47,734 bases of DNA from Planctomycetes bacterium UBA1146 (GTDB lineage Bacteria; Planctomycetota; UBA8108; UBA1146), in assembly GCA_963854815.1 (NCBI GenBank), contig CAWLAN010000001.1:1-47734 (forward strand). The letters run 5' to 3'. Made by a program: the position numbers and the translations under genes. Shown here piece by piece: positions 7,583 to 17,672 of the stretch. Under the pieces are notes generated by a model. The model saw nothing but the letters and a program-made list of their open reading frames with translations, was not told where the DNA came from and did not search any database. Every line of letters starts with the position of its first letter. The first letter of the stretch is position 1.

Positions 7583-9226
7583 ATGACCCTTACACCTCCC
7601 GGAACCCCTCTGGGCGCCCTCACAGCCCGTCGTCGTTCAGGAGTGGGTCTTGTACTGTTCCTGTTTGTCCTTTGGCTGCCAGGAACTTCCCTCGCAGGGC
7701 ATCAGACTCCGGTCACAGAGCCCGTCACTGAGCCCATCACTGAGCCCATCACCGGGTCGCAAGCACCTGCCGCAGATGACACTACAAAGGAGACACCAGA
7801 AGCGGACCAATCTGCCCAGTTAGCAGCCTTGGTCGCCTCCAAACTGGAATCGATCCCGGACCCGAGGTCTCTCAAAAGGGCCGATCTGCCTCGTATCTTC
7901 AAGATCCTCGACGAGGGAATCACTGCCGGTCGCAGATACGTCACCGAGTTTCCCGAGTCAGAGGCGATGCCTCGAGTCTGCTGCGATCTCGGTCGACTGT
8001 TGATTCTCAATGTTGATCGATACCTCGGAACCCTCGACGAAGAGGCGAAGATCTTCGGCAATCCTCTGAGTGCTGATCAGAAACTACAGGAACGACTCAC
8101 CTACCTGGCTGAGGTGGTCAATTACTGCCAAGTTGCTCTGGCAGCCGAGATCTCCTCCAGTTTGAGGTGCCGAGCTCAGGTGATCCTCGGTGACTGTCTG
8201 TTGAAGATGCGGGAGTCTTCTCGATCAGCGGATGCTTTCTCGAAGGCCCTGGAACTGGACACCTCCAGGATCGATCTCCCCGAGTTGAAGATCAAGCGGA
8301 TCGAGGCCTTCGAGATTGCTGAACGTTATCAAGAGATGCTCGAAGCTGGCAAAGATTGTCTGGAGAACGATCCGAGAAGCCACTTCTTGCCTCACCTGGT
8401 CTACTTCACACACAAAGCGCATCGACATCTGGGGCTTCTATATGATGGTCGTCAACTGTGGCGTACCTGGGGACCAGTCCTCAGCGCCGGGTCACTCGGT
8501 GGTGAGATCGAGATGCCTGGATCCACCGACAAATGGCAGGTACCCGAGGGAAAAGAACCGGACTTCCGGTTGATGGCAGACCGCGCGGGTTTCTACGAAG
8601 GGTTCTATCAACTCGCTCTCGGAAATAAAGATGCCGCACTCCAGGCGATGATCAAATACAACGATCAACTCTACGAGCGAATCAATTCCGGCGAGACGAT
8701 CTCGATGGCCACCAAGACCTATCTCGAGTTCCAATCGTTACCGATGTCACAGCGAATTGACGTCTTGCACGGGCGAGTTGCTCCATCCCTCGACGGATTG
8801 CGATGGATCCAGGCCCCACCTGAATCTGACGAGGACAAGAAACTGGAACTACGTCTCTTTTGCGATTCAAACCGGGCGTCCAACCGACAGTCTCGGTTCA
8901 TCGACTTGCTGAGGAAGTTAGAACATGAATATTCCTCCCAGGGGCTTCGAGTCGTGTGGTTAAGTAGCGTCCTGAGAGCCGAACGCGCCGTTCGTGAGGC
9001 GAATGCGATGACCGAGATCGCCATCGAGAGAAAACTCGGCTGGTCCTTCGGGGTACAACCGGGTGTGGAAGCTGGGGTACTCGAACGCCATCTCGTTCCT
9101 CATGGGGGCACCTTGTTGATGGCGATCGATTCGGAAGGAATTGTTCGCTGGGAAGTTATTGACCCGATGTTCTGGGATGCAGGACTCTATCGGTCCATCA
9201 TCGAACGCCTCCTCGAAAGTTCGTGA
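7583..9226 (+). CDS. secreted protein with a PVTE/PITE repeat, a helical-repeat middle region and a C-terminal thioredoxin-fold-like domain lacking CxxC
   Basis: The likely start is ATG 7583 (MTLTPPGTPLGALTARRRSGVGLVLFLFVLWLPGTSLAG, a signal peptide). The ORF as listed begins at 7481. The C-terminus KLELRLFCDSNRASNRQSRFIDLLRKLEHEYSSQGLRVVWLSS...GGTLLMAIDSEGIVRWEV has a thioredoxin-fold layout without redox cysteines. Confidence 0.65.
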   Translation: MTLTPPGTPLGALTARRRSGVGLVLFLFVLWLPGTSLAGHQTPVTEPVTEPITEPITGSQAPAADDTTKETPEADQSAQLAALVASKLESIPDPRSLKRADLPRIFKILDEGITAGRRYVTEFPESEAMPRVCCDLGRLLILNVDRYLGTLDEEAKIFGNPLSADQKLQERLTYLAEVVNYCQVALAAEISSSLRCRAQVILGDCLLKMRESSRSADAFSKALELDTSRIDLPELKIKRIEAFEIAERYQEMLEAGKDCLENDPRSHFLPHLVYFTHKAHRHLGLLYDGRQLWRTWGPVLSAGSLGGEIEMPGSTDKWQVPEGKEPDFRLMADRAGFYEGFYQLALGNKDAALQAMIKYNDQLYERINSGETISMATKTYLEFQSLPMSQRIDVLHGRVAPSLDGLRWIQAPPESDEDKKLELRLFCDSNRASNRQSRFIDLLRKLEHEYSSQGLRVVWLSSVLRAERAVREANAMTEIAIERKLGWSFGVQPGVEAGVLERHLVPHGGTLLMAIDSEGIVRWEVIDPMFWDAGLYRSIIERLLESS

Positions 9227-9243
9227 TCATCGGAGGAGGTCTC

Positions 9244-9600
9244 ATGAGTCGCCCCTATGAAAAAGTCGTGCTGGTGTGTATCCACGGTCGCACTTGTCCT
9301 CGACAGGGATCGCTGGAGACCTGTGAAGCGCTCCGTGAAGCGGTATCCACAGCAGGGCTCACGGATAAGATCCGGATCGTGAAATCCGGCTGTCTCGCCC
9401 AGTGCGGTCACGGACCGATGGTCGCCATCGAACCGGACGGATCCTGGTACGGTAGCGTCACCGCCAAAGATGCAGAGGAACTGTTCTCTGGCCCTATCCT
9501 GTGCGGAACCCTTCTGGAGAGACTGCGCCACCAACCCAAGCGGCAAGGAAAGAACGTCATCGCGCCCGATCAGTGGACCATTCCCCCCTCGAGGGAGTGA
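9244..9600 (+). CDS. thioredoxin-like [2Fe-2S] ferredoxin family protein
   Basis: ATG 9244 lies 5 nt after GGAGGAGG. The cysteine pattern VCIHGRTC...[18 protein letters not shown] is typical of the (2Fe-2S) thioredoxin-like ferredoxin family. Confidence 0.75.
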   Translation: MSRPYEKVVLVCIHGRTCPRQGSLETCEALREAVSTAGLTDKIRIVKSGCLAQCGHGPMVAIEPDGSWYGSVTAKDAEELFSGPILCGTLLERLRHQPKRQGKNVIAPDQWTIPPSRE

Positions 9601-9791
9601 ATCCGAGCCTCCAAACCTCCCCAGGACCGCAAAAGAACCGCTCATCCGGCCAGATTCGATCTACACAGGAGCTGCCGAGCGATATCCTCAGACATATTAG
9701 CCGGATTGGCCGATCAGAGTCCTCCACGGCGGAGGAACCGGCCAAGCGACAGCCAGGGGCGAACGGGACCCGATCCCGTGGAGTATTCGCG

Positions 9792-11876
9792 ATGACGCCT
9801 GACATCACCAGGATGCGGAACATCGGCATCAGTGCCCATATCGATAGTGGCAAGACGACCCTCACCGAGAGGATCCTCTTCTACACCGATCGAATCCATA
9901 CCATCGGCGAGGTCCGGGGAAAGGACGGCCGGGGAGCAACGATGGATTCGATGGAACTCGAGCGTGAGCGCGGAATCACGATCCAGTCCGCTGCAACCTA
10001 CATCGAGTGGGATGGAAACCACATCAACATCATCGACACTCCAGGACACGTCGACTTTACCGTGGAGGTAGAGCGGGCATTACGCGTGCTGGATGGAGCC
10101 ATCATGGTTCTGTGTGCGGTATCGGGAGTCCAGAGTCAATCGATCACCGTAGACCGTCAGATGCGCCGGTACAATGTTCCACGGATAGCATTCGTCAACA
10201 AATGCGATCGAATCGGTGCGGATCCGTTCAGAGTCTGCGATAAATTGCGTGAAAAGTTACGATTGAATGCCGTGATGTTCCAGATCCCCATCGGGCTGGA
10301 GAAGAACCACCAGGGTGTCGTTGATCTGGTCAAGATGGAAGCGATCTACTTCGATGGGGACAATGGCGAGATTGTCCGGCGAGAAGAGATTCCCGAAAAT
10401 CTCATGGAGATCGCCGAAGAACGCCGTGAAATTTTGCTCGATGCCGTGTCCCACTATTGCGACGACCTGATGGAAGCGATGCTCGAGGACAGGGTCACTG
10501 AAGAACTGATTCATGAAGCAACTCGCAAGGGTGTCACAACGCTTGAACTTTGCCCGGTCTACTGCGGAGCCGCCTTCAAGAACAAGGGTGTGCAACCTTT
10601 GATGGACTCGGTAAACAGATATCTCCCCAGTCCGGTCGATGTCGAGAACTTCGCTTTCAATCCTGATAACGAAGAAGAACAGTTCCTCGTCACCAACAAC
10701 CCTGACGATCCCCTGCTCAGTTATGCGTTCAAACTCGAAGATGGACCATACGGACAGTTGACCTATGTGAGGATTTACCAGGGAAGACTGGTCAGGGGAG
10801 ACTTCGTCTATAACGCACGTACCGGAATGAAGGTGAAGATCAGCCGTATCGTGCGAATGCACGCAGATAACATGGATGAAATCAACAGCGCCCAGGCCGG
10901 CGATATCGTCGCCCTCTTCGGTATAGATTGTGCTTCAGGAGACACCTTCCGTTGCAAGAACACGAATCTCATCCTGGCTTCGATGCACGTCCCGGAACCA
11001 GTCATCCACCTGGCAGTGAAACCCATTGATCGTAAGTCTTCAGACAACATGGCGAAGGCCCTCCAGAGATTCACCAAGGAAGATCCGACATTTCGTGTCG
11101 CTTTCGACCCCGCGAGCCACGAGACCGTTATCTCAGGGATGGGTGAACTCCACCTCGAGGTGTACATCGAACGGATGAAACGAGAATTCAGGGCAGAGGT
11201 GATGACGGGTGCACCTAAGGTGGCTTTTCATGAGCGAATCAGTTGCCCTGTCGAATTCGACTTCACCCACAAGAAGCAGACCGGTGGGTCAGGCCAGTAC
11301 GCCCGTATCATCGGCACGATGGGACCCCATCCAGAGGGTATTTTCCATTTCGAGAACCGGATCAGCGGCGGTAAGGTTCCGCGCGAATACGTCTCCTCGG
11401 TAAAAAAAGGCTTCAAACAGTGCATGGAAAAGGGACTCCTGATCGGGGCTCCTGTCGACGGACTCGAAGTGGTCCTTCTCGATGGTGGCCACCATGCGGT
11501 CGACTCTTCAGACATGGCATTCCAGACAGCAGCCAGGAACTGCTTCCGCGAATACTACAACAATGGCAAACCCGAGGTTCTCGAACCACTGATGATGGTG
11601 AGTCTCGAGGGCCCCAGCGAATTCCAGGGCAACATGGTCGGCACTCTTCTCAAGCGACGAGGATCCCTCAAGGGTACCCTGGACGAGGAGGGGTATGTAC
11701 GAATCGATGCCGAGGTACCGTTGGCTGAGATGTTTGGTTACGCCACGACTCTGCGTTCGGCGACTCAGGGAAAAGCGGAGTTCACCATGGAGTTCAACCG
11801 CTACGCTCCCGCTCCTCGCGCAGTCCAGGAAGATCTGATCGCCTCGTACAGGAATGAACTGGAACTGAAGAGTTAG
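9792..11876 (+). CDS. fusA: elongation factor G
   Basis: [32 protein letters not shown]...[24 protein letters not shown]...NKCDR, with full five-domain EF-G length. The start at ATG 9792 gives the canonical N-terminus. The listed ORF start at 9501 adds 97 low-complexity residues that overlap the ferredoxin gene. Confidence 0.95.
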   Translation: MTPDITRMRNIGISAHIDSGKTTLTERILFYTDRIHTIGEVRGKDGRGATMDSMELERERGITIQSAATYIEWDGNHINIIDTPGHVDFTVEVERALRVLDGAIMVLCAVSGVQSQSITVDRQMRRYNVPRIAFVNKCDRIGADPFRVCDKLREKLRLNAVMFQIPIGLEKNHQGVVDLVKMEAIYFDGDNGEIVRREEIPENLMEIAEERREILLDAVSHYCDDLMEAMLEDRVTEELIHEATRKGVTTLELCPVYCGAAFKNKGVQPLMDSVNRYLPSPVDVENFAFNPDNEEEQFLVTNNPDDPLLSYAFKLEDGPYGQLTYVRIYQGRLVRGDFVYNARTGMKVKISRIVRMHADNMDEINSAQAGDIVALFGIDCASGDTFRCKNTNLILASMHVPEPVIHLAVKPIDRKSSDNMAKALQRFTKEDPTFRVAFDPASHETVISGMGELHLEVYIERMKREFRAEVMTGAPKVAFHERISCPVEFDFTHKKQTGGSGQYARIIGTMGPHPEGIFHFENRISGGKVPREYVSSVKKGFKQCMEKGLLIGAPVDGLEVVLLDGGHHAVDSSDMAFQTAARNCFREYYNNGKPEVLEPLMMVSLEGPSEFQGNMVGTLLKRRGSLKGTLDEEGYVRIDAEVPLAEMFGYATTLRSATQGKAEFTMEFNRYAPAPRAVQEDLIASYRNELELKS

Positions 11877-11918
11877 ATGCGGTCCTCGCCGGTTCTGGCG
11901 ACAACTTCCCTCTTGAAC

Positions 11919-13478
11919 TCAGTCTCCGATGAATCGCTCCACTGCTCTGCGAGACCCCTGCAGGGCGATTCTCTGGCTATAGAGATCGAGCGCTCTGATG
12001 CCGCCAAGTTCCTCTCCACCACCAGCTCTACCTGGCCCTCCATGTAGCGATGAAGGAAGTGCAACACCTGATCCCGGCGCCTGACTCGCCATCTTCTCCG
12101 ATGCGAGGTAGAAGCGTCCACTCCAGGACCCGCAACGCCTGAGAAAATCAAAGGTCCACTGGTCGTTATCACTGTAGACCGAGGTAACCAACGACCCATC
12201 GCCCTTGCTGTTGAGACAGGCCGCCGTGGGTGCCTCACCATCAAAGGGACAGATGGTGGAAACGGGACCAAATACCTCGAGATCATGAATCAGATCAGAA
12301 CCACCGGCTTCTCTGGCTCTCAAGAGCGTCGGTGCGAAGAAATATCCCTTGCCCGGCTCTGCCCCGACACCGTCGACCCTCTCTCCGCTTCCATGAACCA
12401 GGTCCGCGACCCCCCGTAACTTCGTCACTCCTTCGAGGACGCTCGATAGTTGATCTGCAGTCGCAAGGGGACCGACATTTGTCTTGTCAGCGAATGGAGA
12501 TCCTGTAACGCGCCCGGAGAGTTCTTCGCACATCGCCTCCTCGACAGTTGCGAGTTGCTCCTGAGGCACGAAAATTCTCCTCACCGCAGTGCATTTCTGA
12601 CCACTCTTCTGGGTGATCTCACGACAGACCTCCTTGATGAAGAGATTCCAGACCTCTGATTCCGGCTGCACATCGGGAGCGAGGAATGCAGCGTTGAGGC
12701 TGTCGGCCTCTATGTTGATGGGAGTCGAGCGAGCAAGAAGGTTTTCGTGCGAACGAATTCTGAGGGCTGTGTGCGCCGATCCGGTAAATGCGACCACGTC
12801 CTGACCGTGGAGATGGTCGAAGAGATCAGCCACAGACCCACAGATGAGCCCCAGCACTCCCTCCGGAACGCAATCGGCCTCCACCACGGTCTCGATGCAT
12901 CGTTCGGTAACGAGACAGGTACTCGTTGCGGGTTTCGTGATCACTGGCATTCCCGCAAGGATCGCGGCAGCGGCTTTTTCTGCGAACCCCCAGGCGGGAA
13001 AGTTGAATGCATTGATGTGTATGGCGACACCATCACGAGAGACACGGCCATGCCGACCCCAGAATATGGAAGACCGGCCCAGTTGTTCACCGGGTCCATC
13101 GGGCAAGACGTGTCCATCACCGAGTTCCTTACCCAGTGCCCCGTAGTGATAGAGAGTGCCTGTTGCACCATCGATATCGAACTTGGAGTCTTTGCGGGTA
13201 GTCCCACAATTTTTCATGGAGAGTTCCAGAAGTTCTTCCCTGTGCTCATGAATCGCCTTTGACATCGCGATGAGCAACTCTCCTCGCTGAGCAAAAGAGA
13301 GCTCCCGCAAGGCAAACCCGCCCCTCGAGCGTGCATGCTCGATGGCAGCCCGAAAGTCGATCCCGGCACTCGATACCGCGGCCAGCGGATCTTCTGTAGT
13401 CGGATCGTGCAGGAGGGCGAAAGATTCTTCAACGCCTGCGTACCATTTCCCCAGCAGATGACTTCTCAGGATCTTCAT
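11919..13478 (-). CDS. aldehyde dehydrogenase, PaaZ-N-terminal type (ALDH domain only)
   Basis: Collinear with the ALDH half of PaaZ: GVAIHINAFNFPAWGFAEK, KPATST, VPEGVLGLICGS, QDVVAFTGSA, EADSLNAA, and the catalytic GQKCTAVRRIFVP. There is no MaoC hydratase domain and no neighbouring paa genes. Confidence 0.85.
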   Translation of the reverse strand: MKILRSHLLGKWYAGVEESFALLHDPTTEDPLAAVSSAGIDFRAAIEHARSRGGFALRELSFAQRGELLIAMSKAIHEHREELLELSMKNCGTTRKDSKFDIDGATGTLYHYGALGKELGDGHVLPDGPGEQLGRSSIFWGRHGRVSRDGVAIHINAFNFPAWGFAEKAAAAILAGMPVITKPATSTCLVTERCIETVVEADCVPEGVLGLICGSVADLFDHLHGQDVVAFTGSAHTALRIRSHENLLARSTPINIEADSLNAAFLAPDVQPESEVWNLFIKEVCREITQKSGQKCTAVRRIFVPQEQLATVEEAMCEELSGRVTGSPFADKTNVGPLATADQLSSVLEGVTKLRGVADLVHGSGERVDGVGAEPGKGYFFAPTLLRAREAGGSDLIHDLEVFGPVSTICPFDGEAPTAACLNSKGDGSLVTSVYSDNDQWTFDFLRRCGSWSGRFYLASEKMASQAPGSGVALPSSLHGGPGRAGGGEELGGIRALDLYSQRIALQGSRRAVERFIGD

Positions 13479-13618
13479 CCTCGTCCTTCCTCCCCGATCA
13501 GTTCACTCTCTGATGTGAACCAGAGGCCAAGCCTATTAGAAACAGCAGCAGGACACCACTCCAGAAGATCGGTCTCCAGATAGACCGGCTACGAATGAGA
13601 AGGGACGGCGTCAACTAC

Positions 13619-15697
13619 TCAGGGGAGGCAATCGCCCAGCGAATCCGGTGTCGGATCGAGCCCATATCCAGGATAGGGATACGGAATCGTCTCTCCGCCA
13701 GCAAAGAGGTAGTTCAGCAGATTGATGGCATCTCCGATGTTGATCATCCCATCGTCATTTGCATCGGCTGCATCGGGACAAACCGTGAACGGGCCTCCCG
13801 AAAATAAATAATCGAGGACGAAAATCGCATCGGCAATATTCACACTCTGGTCGTAGGTCGCATCCCCACGGACAAACAGGAACTGGGGCTGCTCGGAAAC
13901 TGTAACAGTTCCATGAATGAAATATGGAATCACCGAGAAACCACCTTCGATGGCAAAAATGTTGTTGATCGGTGGATCTCCCAGATCGTCCTGGAAGTAA
14001 AGAACGGTCGTGGTACCCAGAGGAGTATTCTGAGCCACGGTGTAATTGAGGGTACACAACGTCTGGTTTGCCCCGGGAGTCATCGTCCTACCATCGAAGG
14101 GGGGCAACGTGTCGAAGATCACTGCCAGGTAAAGGAATGCAACGGAACCAGACGTGTTGATGTCCGAGGCGATGAACTCGGGTGCCAGTGACTGGGCCTG
14201 GGTTCCATCGATGGAGATCTCGTTCATGGTGATGACCAGATCATCGTAGGTCACAGAGATCTGAAATCCCTGCAGTGCATCGACATGAGTGCCCAGCACC
14301 GGATGAATCACTGGCTGGCCTCCGAATACCGAGATGTCGGCCATTTCGAAAGCATTCTCTGGAGTTGTCACCACGATCGGATTCACTAGCGAGTTCGTGT
14401 CGGTGCCTCCAGGGCCAGTCACCGTGAGGGAGACAATGTACGATCCGGGCTCGATGTAAGTGTGCTCACCAGAAATATCATTGCTGATCTCACCATCACC
14501 AAAATCCCAGGTGCGGGTCTCCACCATTCCTACAGTCTGGTCCTCGAAGAGCACCGTGCGGGCTGCTGCAGGATCGTCCTCCGGGGTGATGGTGAATTCC
14601 GCCACGGGAGGCGGCGTATTGTGGGCGTAGAAGGCAATTCCATCCGAAATCACGATGAAGTGCTCGTATCCGAGCGCATCCAGGGCGAGATCCATTCCCG
14701 TATGGACTCCTGCAATCCCCTCGAGAGGCCCACTGACCGGAGTGGCGTTCCCGTCGACGGCGTATCGATGCGCCTGTTGATCTTGAATCCAGGCGATGGA
14801 ATATCGATCGGTACTCAACGAACCGAGGGCGAGATCGGAGATCGCTCCGCCTCCGGTACTGATGATCTGCTGGCTGTCGATACCTCCCGAGAGGGATCCA
14901 GTGAGCAGATGGAGTTCATCGGAGGAATCGACAACCACCCGGACGGATCCATCCGGATGGACTGCTGCATCCCACTGATCGATGGGAATCAGCATATCGT
15001 AGAGATCGAAGACCCCACCTTGAGAACTGGCATCGGAAACCAAGCCCTTGAGGATTGTCCCCTCTTGCCAGAGGATCAGAACCGTATCATCTGATATCGA
15101 GAGAACTCTGCTCATCCCGCCGGTTCCGCAAAGCACCGGATCTTGACCAGCAAACTTCATCATCACTTCATTCGATGTACTCGTCGAACGGGTCCAGCTG
15201 ATCACCCGGTCACCACTGGCGAGAACAACGACCGAAGAATCGGAGCAATCATTGGTTCCAGAACTGACGAGAATCGGTTCGCCGAACCCTGACGCAACAC
15301 TCTCGATGAGGAACATCGAACGTGGACCCGCAGCCAACTGTTGCTCCAGGGTGATGGAATAACTGGCCACCAGACCCTGGGTCAGGGCTGGAGAGAAAAC
15401 AACTCCGGGAGAGACCAGTACCGGAAGCATCGACTGAAAATCGATCAGTGAGCCGGTAAAGTAGATCACATTCTCGGTCCTTGCACAGAGAGAAACCTGC
15501 TGTGGAACACAACCAGAGCAGTTGTCGTCGACATGGATCGAGGGATTCAATACTGGATCGCTCACAGCCGAAACCTGAATGACCTGGAGGGACTGGGCAA
15601 AGACGGTGCAAAAAGGTACCAGCAACAGCAGCGCGAAAATCACCGCCGCGGGTGAAAAAATCGAGAGGCTAGTTCTCCCTCGAATCAACCGCTGCAT
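13619..15697 (-). CDS. secreted protein with a PKD domain, a cohesin-like domain and a C-terminal double dockerin-like module
   Basis: ATG 15697 lies 6 nt after GGAGGG, with signal peptide MQRLIRGRTSLSIFSPAAVIFALLLLVPFCTVFAQS. PKD domain: TWDFGDGEISNDISGEHTYIEPGSYIVSLTVTGPGG. Cohesin-like domain: LQGFQISVTYDDLVITMNEISIDGT. Dockerin-like module: VRGDATYDQSVNIADAIFVLDYLFSGG...DANDDGMINIGDAINLLNYLFAGG. Confidence 0.85.
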   Translation of the reverse strand: MQRLIRGRTSLSIFSPAAVIFALLLLVPFCTVFAQSLQVIQVSAVSDPVLNPSIHVDDNCSGCVPQQVSLCARTENVIYFTGSLIDFQSMLPVLVSPGVVFSPALTQGLVASYSITLEQQLAAGPRSMFLIESVASGFGEPILVSSGTNDCSDSSVVVLASGDRVISWTRSTSTSNEVMMKFAGQDPVLCGTGGMSRVLSISDDTVLILWQEGTILKGLVSDASSQGGVFDLYDMLIPIDQWDAAVHPDGSVRVVVDSSDELHLLTGSLSGGIDSQQIISTGGGAISDLALGSLSTDRYSIAWIQDQQAHRYAVDGNATPVSGPLEGIAGVHTGMDLALDALGYEHFIVISDGIAFYAHNTPPPVAEFTITPEDDPAAARTVLFEDQTVGMVETRTWDFGDGEISNDISGEHTYIEPGSYIVSLTVTGPGGTDTNSLVNPIVVTTPENAFEMADISVFGGQPVIHPVLGTHVDALQGFQISVTYDDLVITMNEISIDGTQAQSLAPEFIASDINTSGSVAFLYLAVIFDTLPPFDGRTMTPGANQTLCTLNYTVAQNTPLGTTTVLYFQDDLGDPPINNIFAIEGGFSVIPYFIHGTVTVSEQPQFLFVRGDATYDQSVNIADAIFVLDYLFSGGPFTVCPDAADANDDGMINIGDAINLLNYLFAGGETIPYPYPGYGLDPTPDSLGDCLP

Positions 15698-15979
15698 TGG
15701 AAACCCTCCTACTAAAGCCGTGCGGAAATGAACCCACCGATTTTCCCGACCAGGCTCTCTCATCACCGAAAAGAACGTTCACTTCTTTCCGATAAGAAGT
15801 TCCACAGTCAACAACCCGCCCACAAGACCAGAGTGCGAATTGACTGATATGACTGCTTCACTGTGCATCTATTTGACCACGGAACCGCGGATGAGGGAAG
15901 AGGTGCAGGCCAGGAGAGTAGGGACGCGTCATATTTCGCCATTAATGGGTATTGTTACAGGTATGAAAACAAGGCAAAT

Positions 15980-16282
15980 TTACCACAGTTGGCGAGCACG
16001 TTCCTGAAGCCGGTCCTGAATTCTCATCAGACAGAAAATAGCAATGGAAGCAATCAGCCCCAGCAACGGAAGTTCGATGCCCGGTTGCCAACTTGCCTCG
16101 GAGAAGGCAAGCGATGTTCCGGTGATCTCCTCGGGAAGTTCCACCCGAGAAGAAGAGGAGACATGAGGAGTGGTTGGATCGGGGACAATCCAGATAAGCA
16201 CACAGAGAACCAGGGGGATCAGTGCGATCTTTTCTTTCCGTCCAATGCGCACAGAATCTGCCCCTCTCTCTCCAGGAGGCAA
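15980..16282 (-). CDS. hypothetical small membrane protein (weak call)
   Basis: 100-codon ORF with a TTG start and two hydrophobic segments (IALIPLVLCVLIWIV and LPLLGLIASIAIFCLM). No convincing Shine-Dalgarno sequence. It sits in a 710-nt gap with no other gene call. Confidence 0.3.
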   Translation of the reverse strand: MPPGERGADSVRIGRKEKIALIPLVLCVLIWIVPDPTTPHVSSSSRVELPEEITGTSLAFSEASWQPGIELPLLGLIASIAIFCLMRIQDRLQERARQLW

Positions 16283-16408
16283 GAATATAGCAGCTATCGC
16301 CGCGATCCAGTCTCATTCACAGGCGACTTCTTCCGCTTGCCGAGACCCCGGCTCTGAGGGACCATCGAGCAGCGCCGATCGATTCGGAGTCGACGCCCTG
16401 GAGGTCCA

Positions 16409-17566
16409 TTGAGCGATTCAAAGAGAATCCAGCGAAACAAGACACGCGTCATCGATATCGGCACCGCCCGCCTTGGCGGAGAGAATCCGATACTGGTTCA
16501 GAGCATGTGCGCAACACCGACCCAGAACATTGCAGACACCTCCCGGCAAGTACAAGCCCTTGCAGATGCGGGAGCCGGCATCGTCCGGCTCGCTGTCGAC
16601 TCGCGAAAAGATGCAGAGGCCGCCATCGAAATCTGCAAGCAAGTCGATGCCAACATCTGCATCGATCTGCAGGAAAACTGGCGCTTGGCCCAACTGCTGG
16701 CGCCGTCGGTTGCGAAGATCCGCTACAACCCGGGACATCTTCATCACCATGAAAAGTCCGTTCCCTGGCAAGATAAGGTCAGGAGAATTGCGCAGTGGGC
16801 AGCAGAAGGAAATACTGCACTCAGGATCGGAGTGAACTGTGGTTCAGTAGACCCAGCCCAGAAGAAGATGTGGCCGCCAGAAGATTCAGTTTCACCGATG
16901 GTCGCCAGTGCCCTGGAGCACTCTACCCTTCTTGATGAGATCGGTTTCATTCATTACACGGTCTCACTGAAAGATTCCGATCCTGCGCTGGTGGTAGAGG
17001 CGAATCGAAACTTTGCCCTGCAGCGCCCTGAGGTTCCCCTTCACCTCGGCGTCACCGAAGCAGGTCTTCCTCCTGACGGAGTGATCAAGACTCGAATCGC
17101 CTTCGAACAGTTGATCTCACGTGGCATCGGAGACACCATCCGGGTCTCCTTGACCCTACCCAACGACGAAAAAAATAAGGAAGTCTTCGCCGGACAGGAG
17201 ATCCTCGATGACATCGCCAGCGGTAGAGTCCGGAGCGTCGTTCACTATCAGACTGACGGTCCTAATATCATCTCGTGTCCATCGTGTTCGAGAGTCGAGA
17301 ATGGAGCCTTCGTTGAACTGGCTCAGCAAGTAAAAGAACTCTCGGGTGCTTACTGTGATCACCAGCTCACCATCGCCGTGATGGGATGCCGGGTAAATGG
17401 CCCGGGAGAAACCGATGACGCGGACCTCGGACTCTGGTGCGCTCCCAGTTTCGTCAATCTGAAGAGAGGATCAGAGAGCCTCGGTTCATTTCCCTACGAT
17501 GAGATCCTGGAAAAACTCAAACAAGAAATCGAAAATTTGATTCGAAATCGTGGAACCGTTTCCTGA
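16409..17566 (+). CDS. ispG: 4-hydroxy-3-methylbut-2-en-1-yl diphosphate synthase (flavodoxin)
   Basis: [34 protein letters not shown]...[10 protein letters not shown]...[15 protein letters not shown] start 5 nt after GGAGG. Confidence 0.93.
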   Translation: MSDSKRIQRNKTRVIDIGTARLGGENPILVQSMCATPTQNIADTSRQVQALADAGAGIVRLAVDSRKDAEAAIEICKQVDANICIDLQENWRLAQLLAPSVAKIRYNPGHLHHHEKSVPWQDKVRRIAQWAAEGNTALRIGVNCGSVDPAQKKMWPPEDSVSPMVASALEHSTLLDEIGFIHYTVSLKDSDPALVVEANRNFALQRPEVPLHLGVTEAGLPPDGVIKTRIAFEQLISRGIGDTIRVSLTLPNDEKNKEVFAGQEILDDIASGRVRSVVHYQTDGPNIISCPSCSRVENGAFVELAQQVKELSGAYCDHQLTIAVMGCRVNGPGETDDADLGLWCAPSFVNLKRGSESLGSFPYDEILEKLKQEIENLIRNRGTVS

Positions 17567-17590
17567 AGTAAATCCGTTTCTTCCAGAATG

Positions 17591-17636
17591 AAAGAAGCTC
17601 CCGCGACCACATCGGTCACGGGAGCTTCTTTTTTTG
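17591..17636 (+). terminator. rho-independent terminator after ispG
   Basis: Stem AAAGAAGCTCCCG / CGGGAGCTTCTTT (17591-17603 / 17619-17631), followed by a T run extending to 17635. It lies between convergent genes. Confidence 0.75.
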
Positions 17637-17672
17637 TCACAGGTCAGTTCCTGCGTACCTGAGTCAGCCCTT

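Noticed and set aside
9501-9791. The listed start of the EF-G ORF, 97 codons upstream of the canonical N-terminus
   Set aside because: The extension overlaps the ferredoxin gene in another frame and is Arg/Ser/Pro-rich. EF-G homologues begin at the M..(I/M)RNIGI motif found at 9792.
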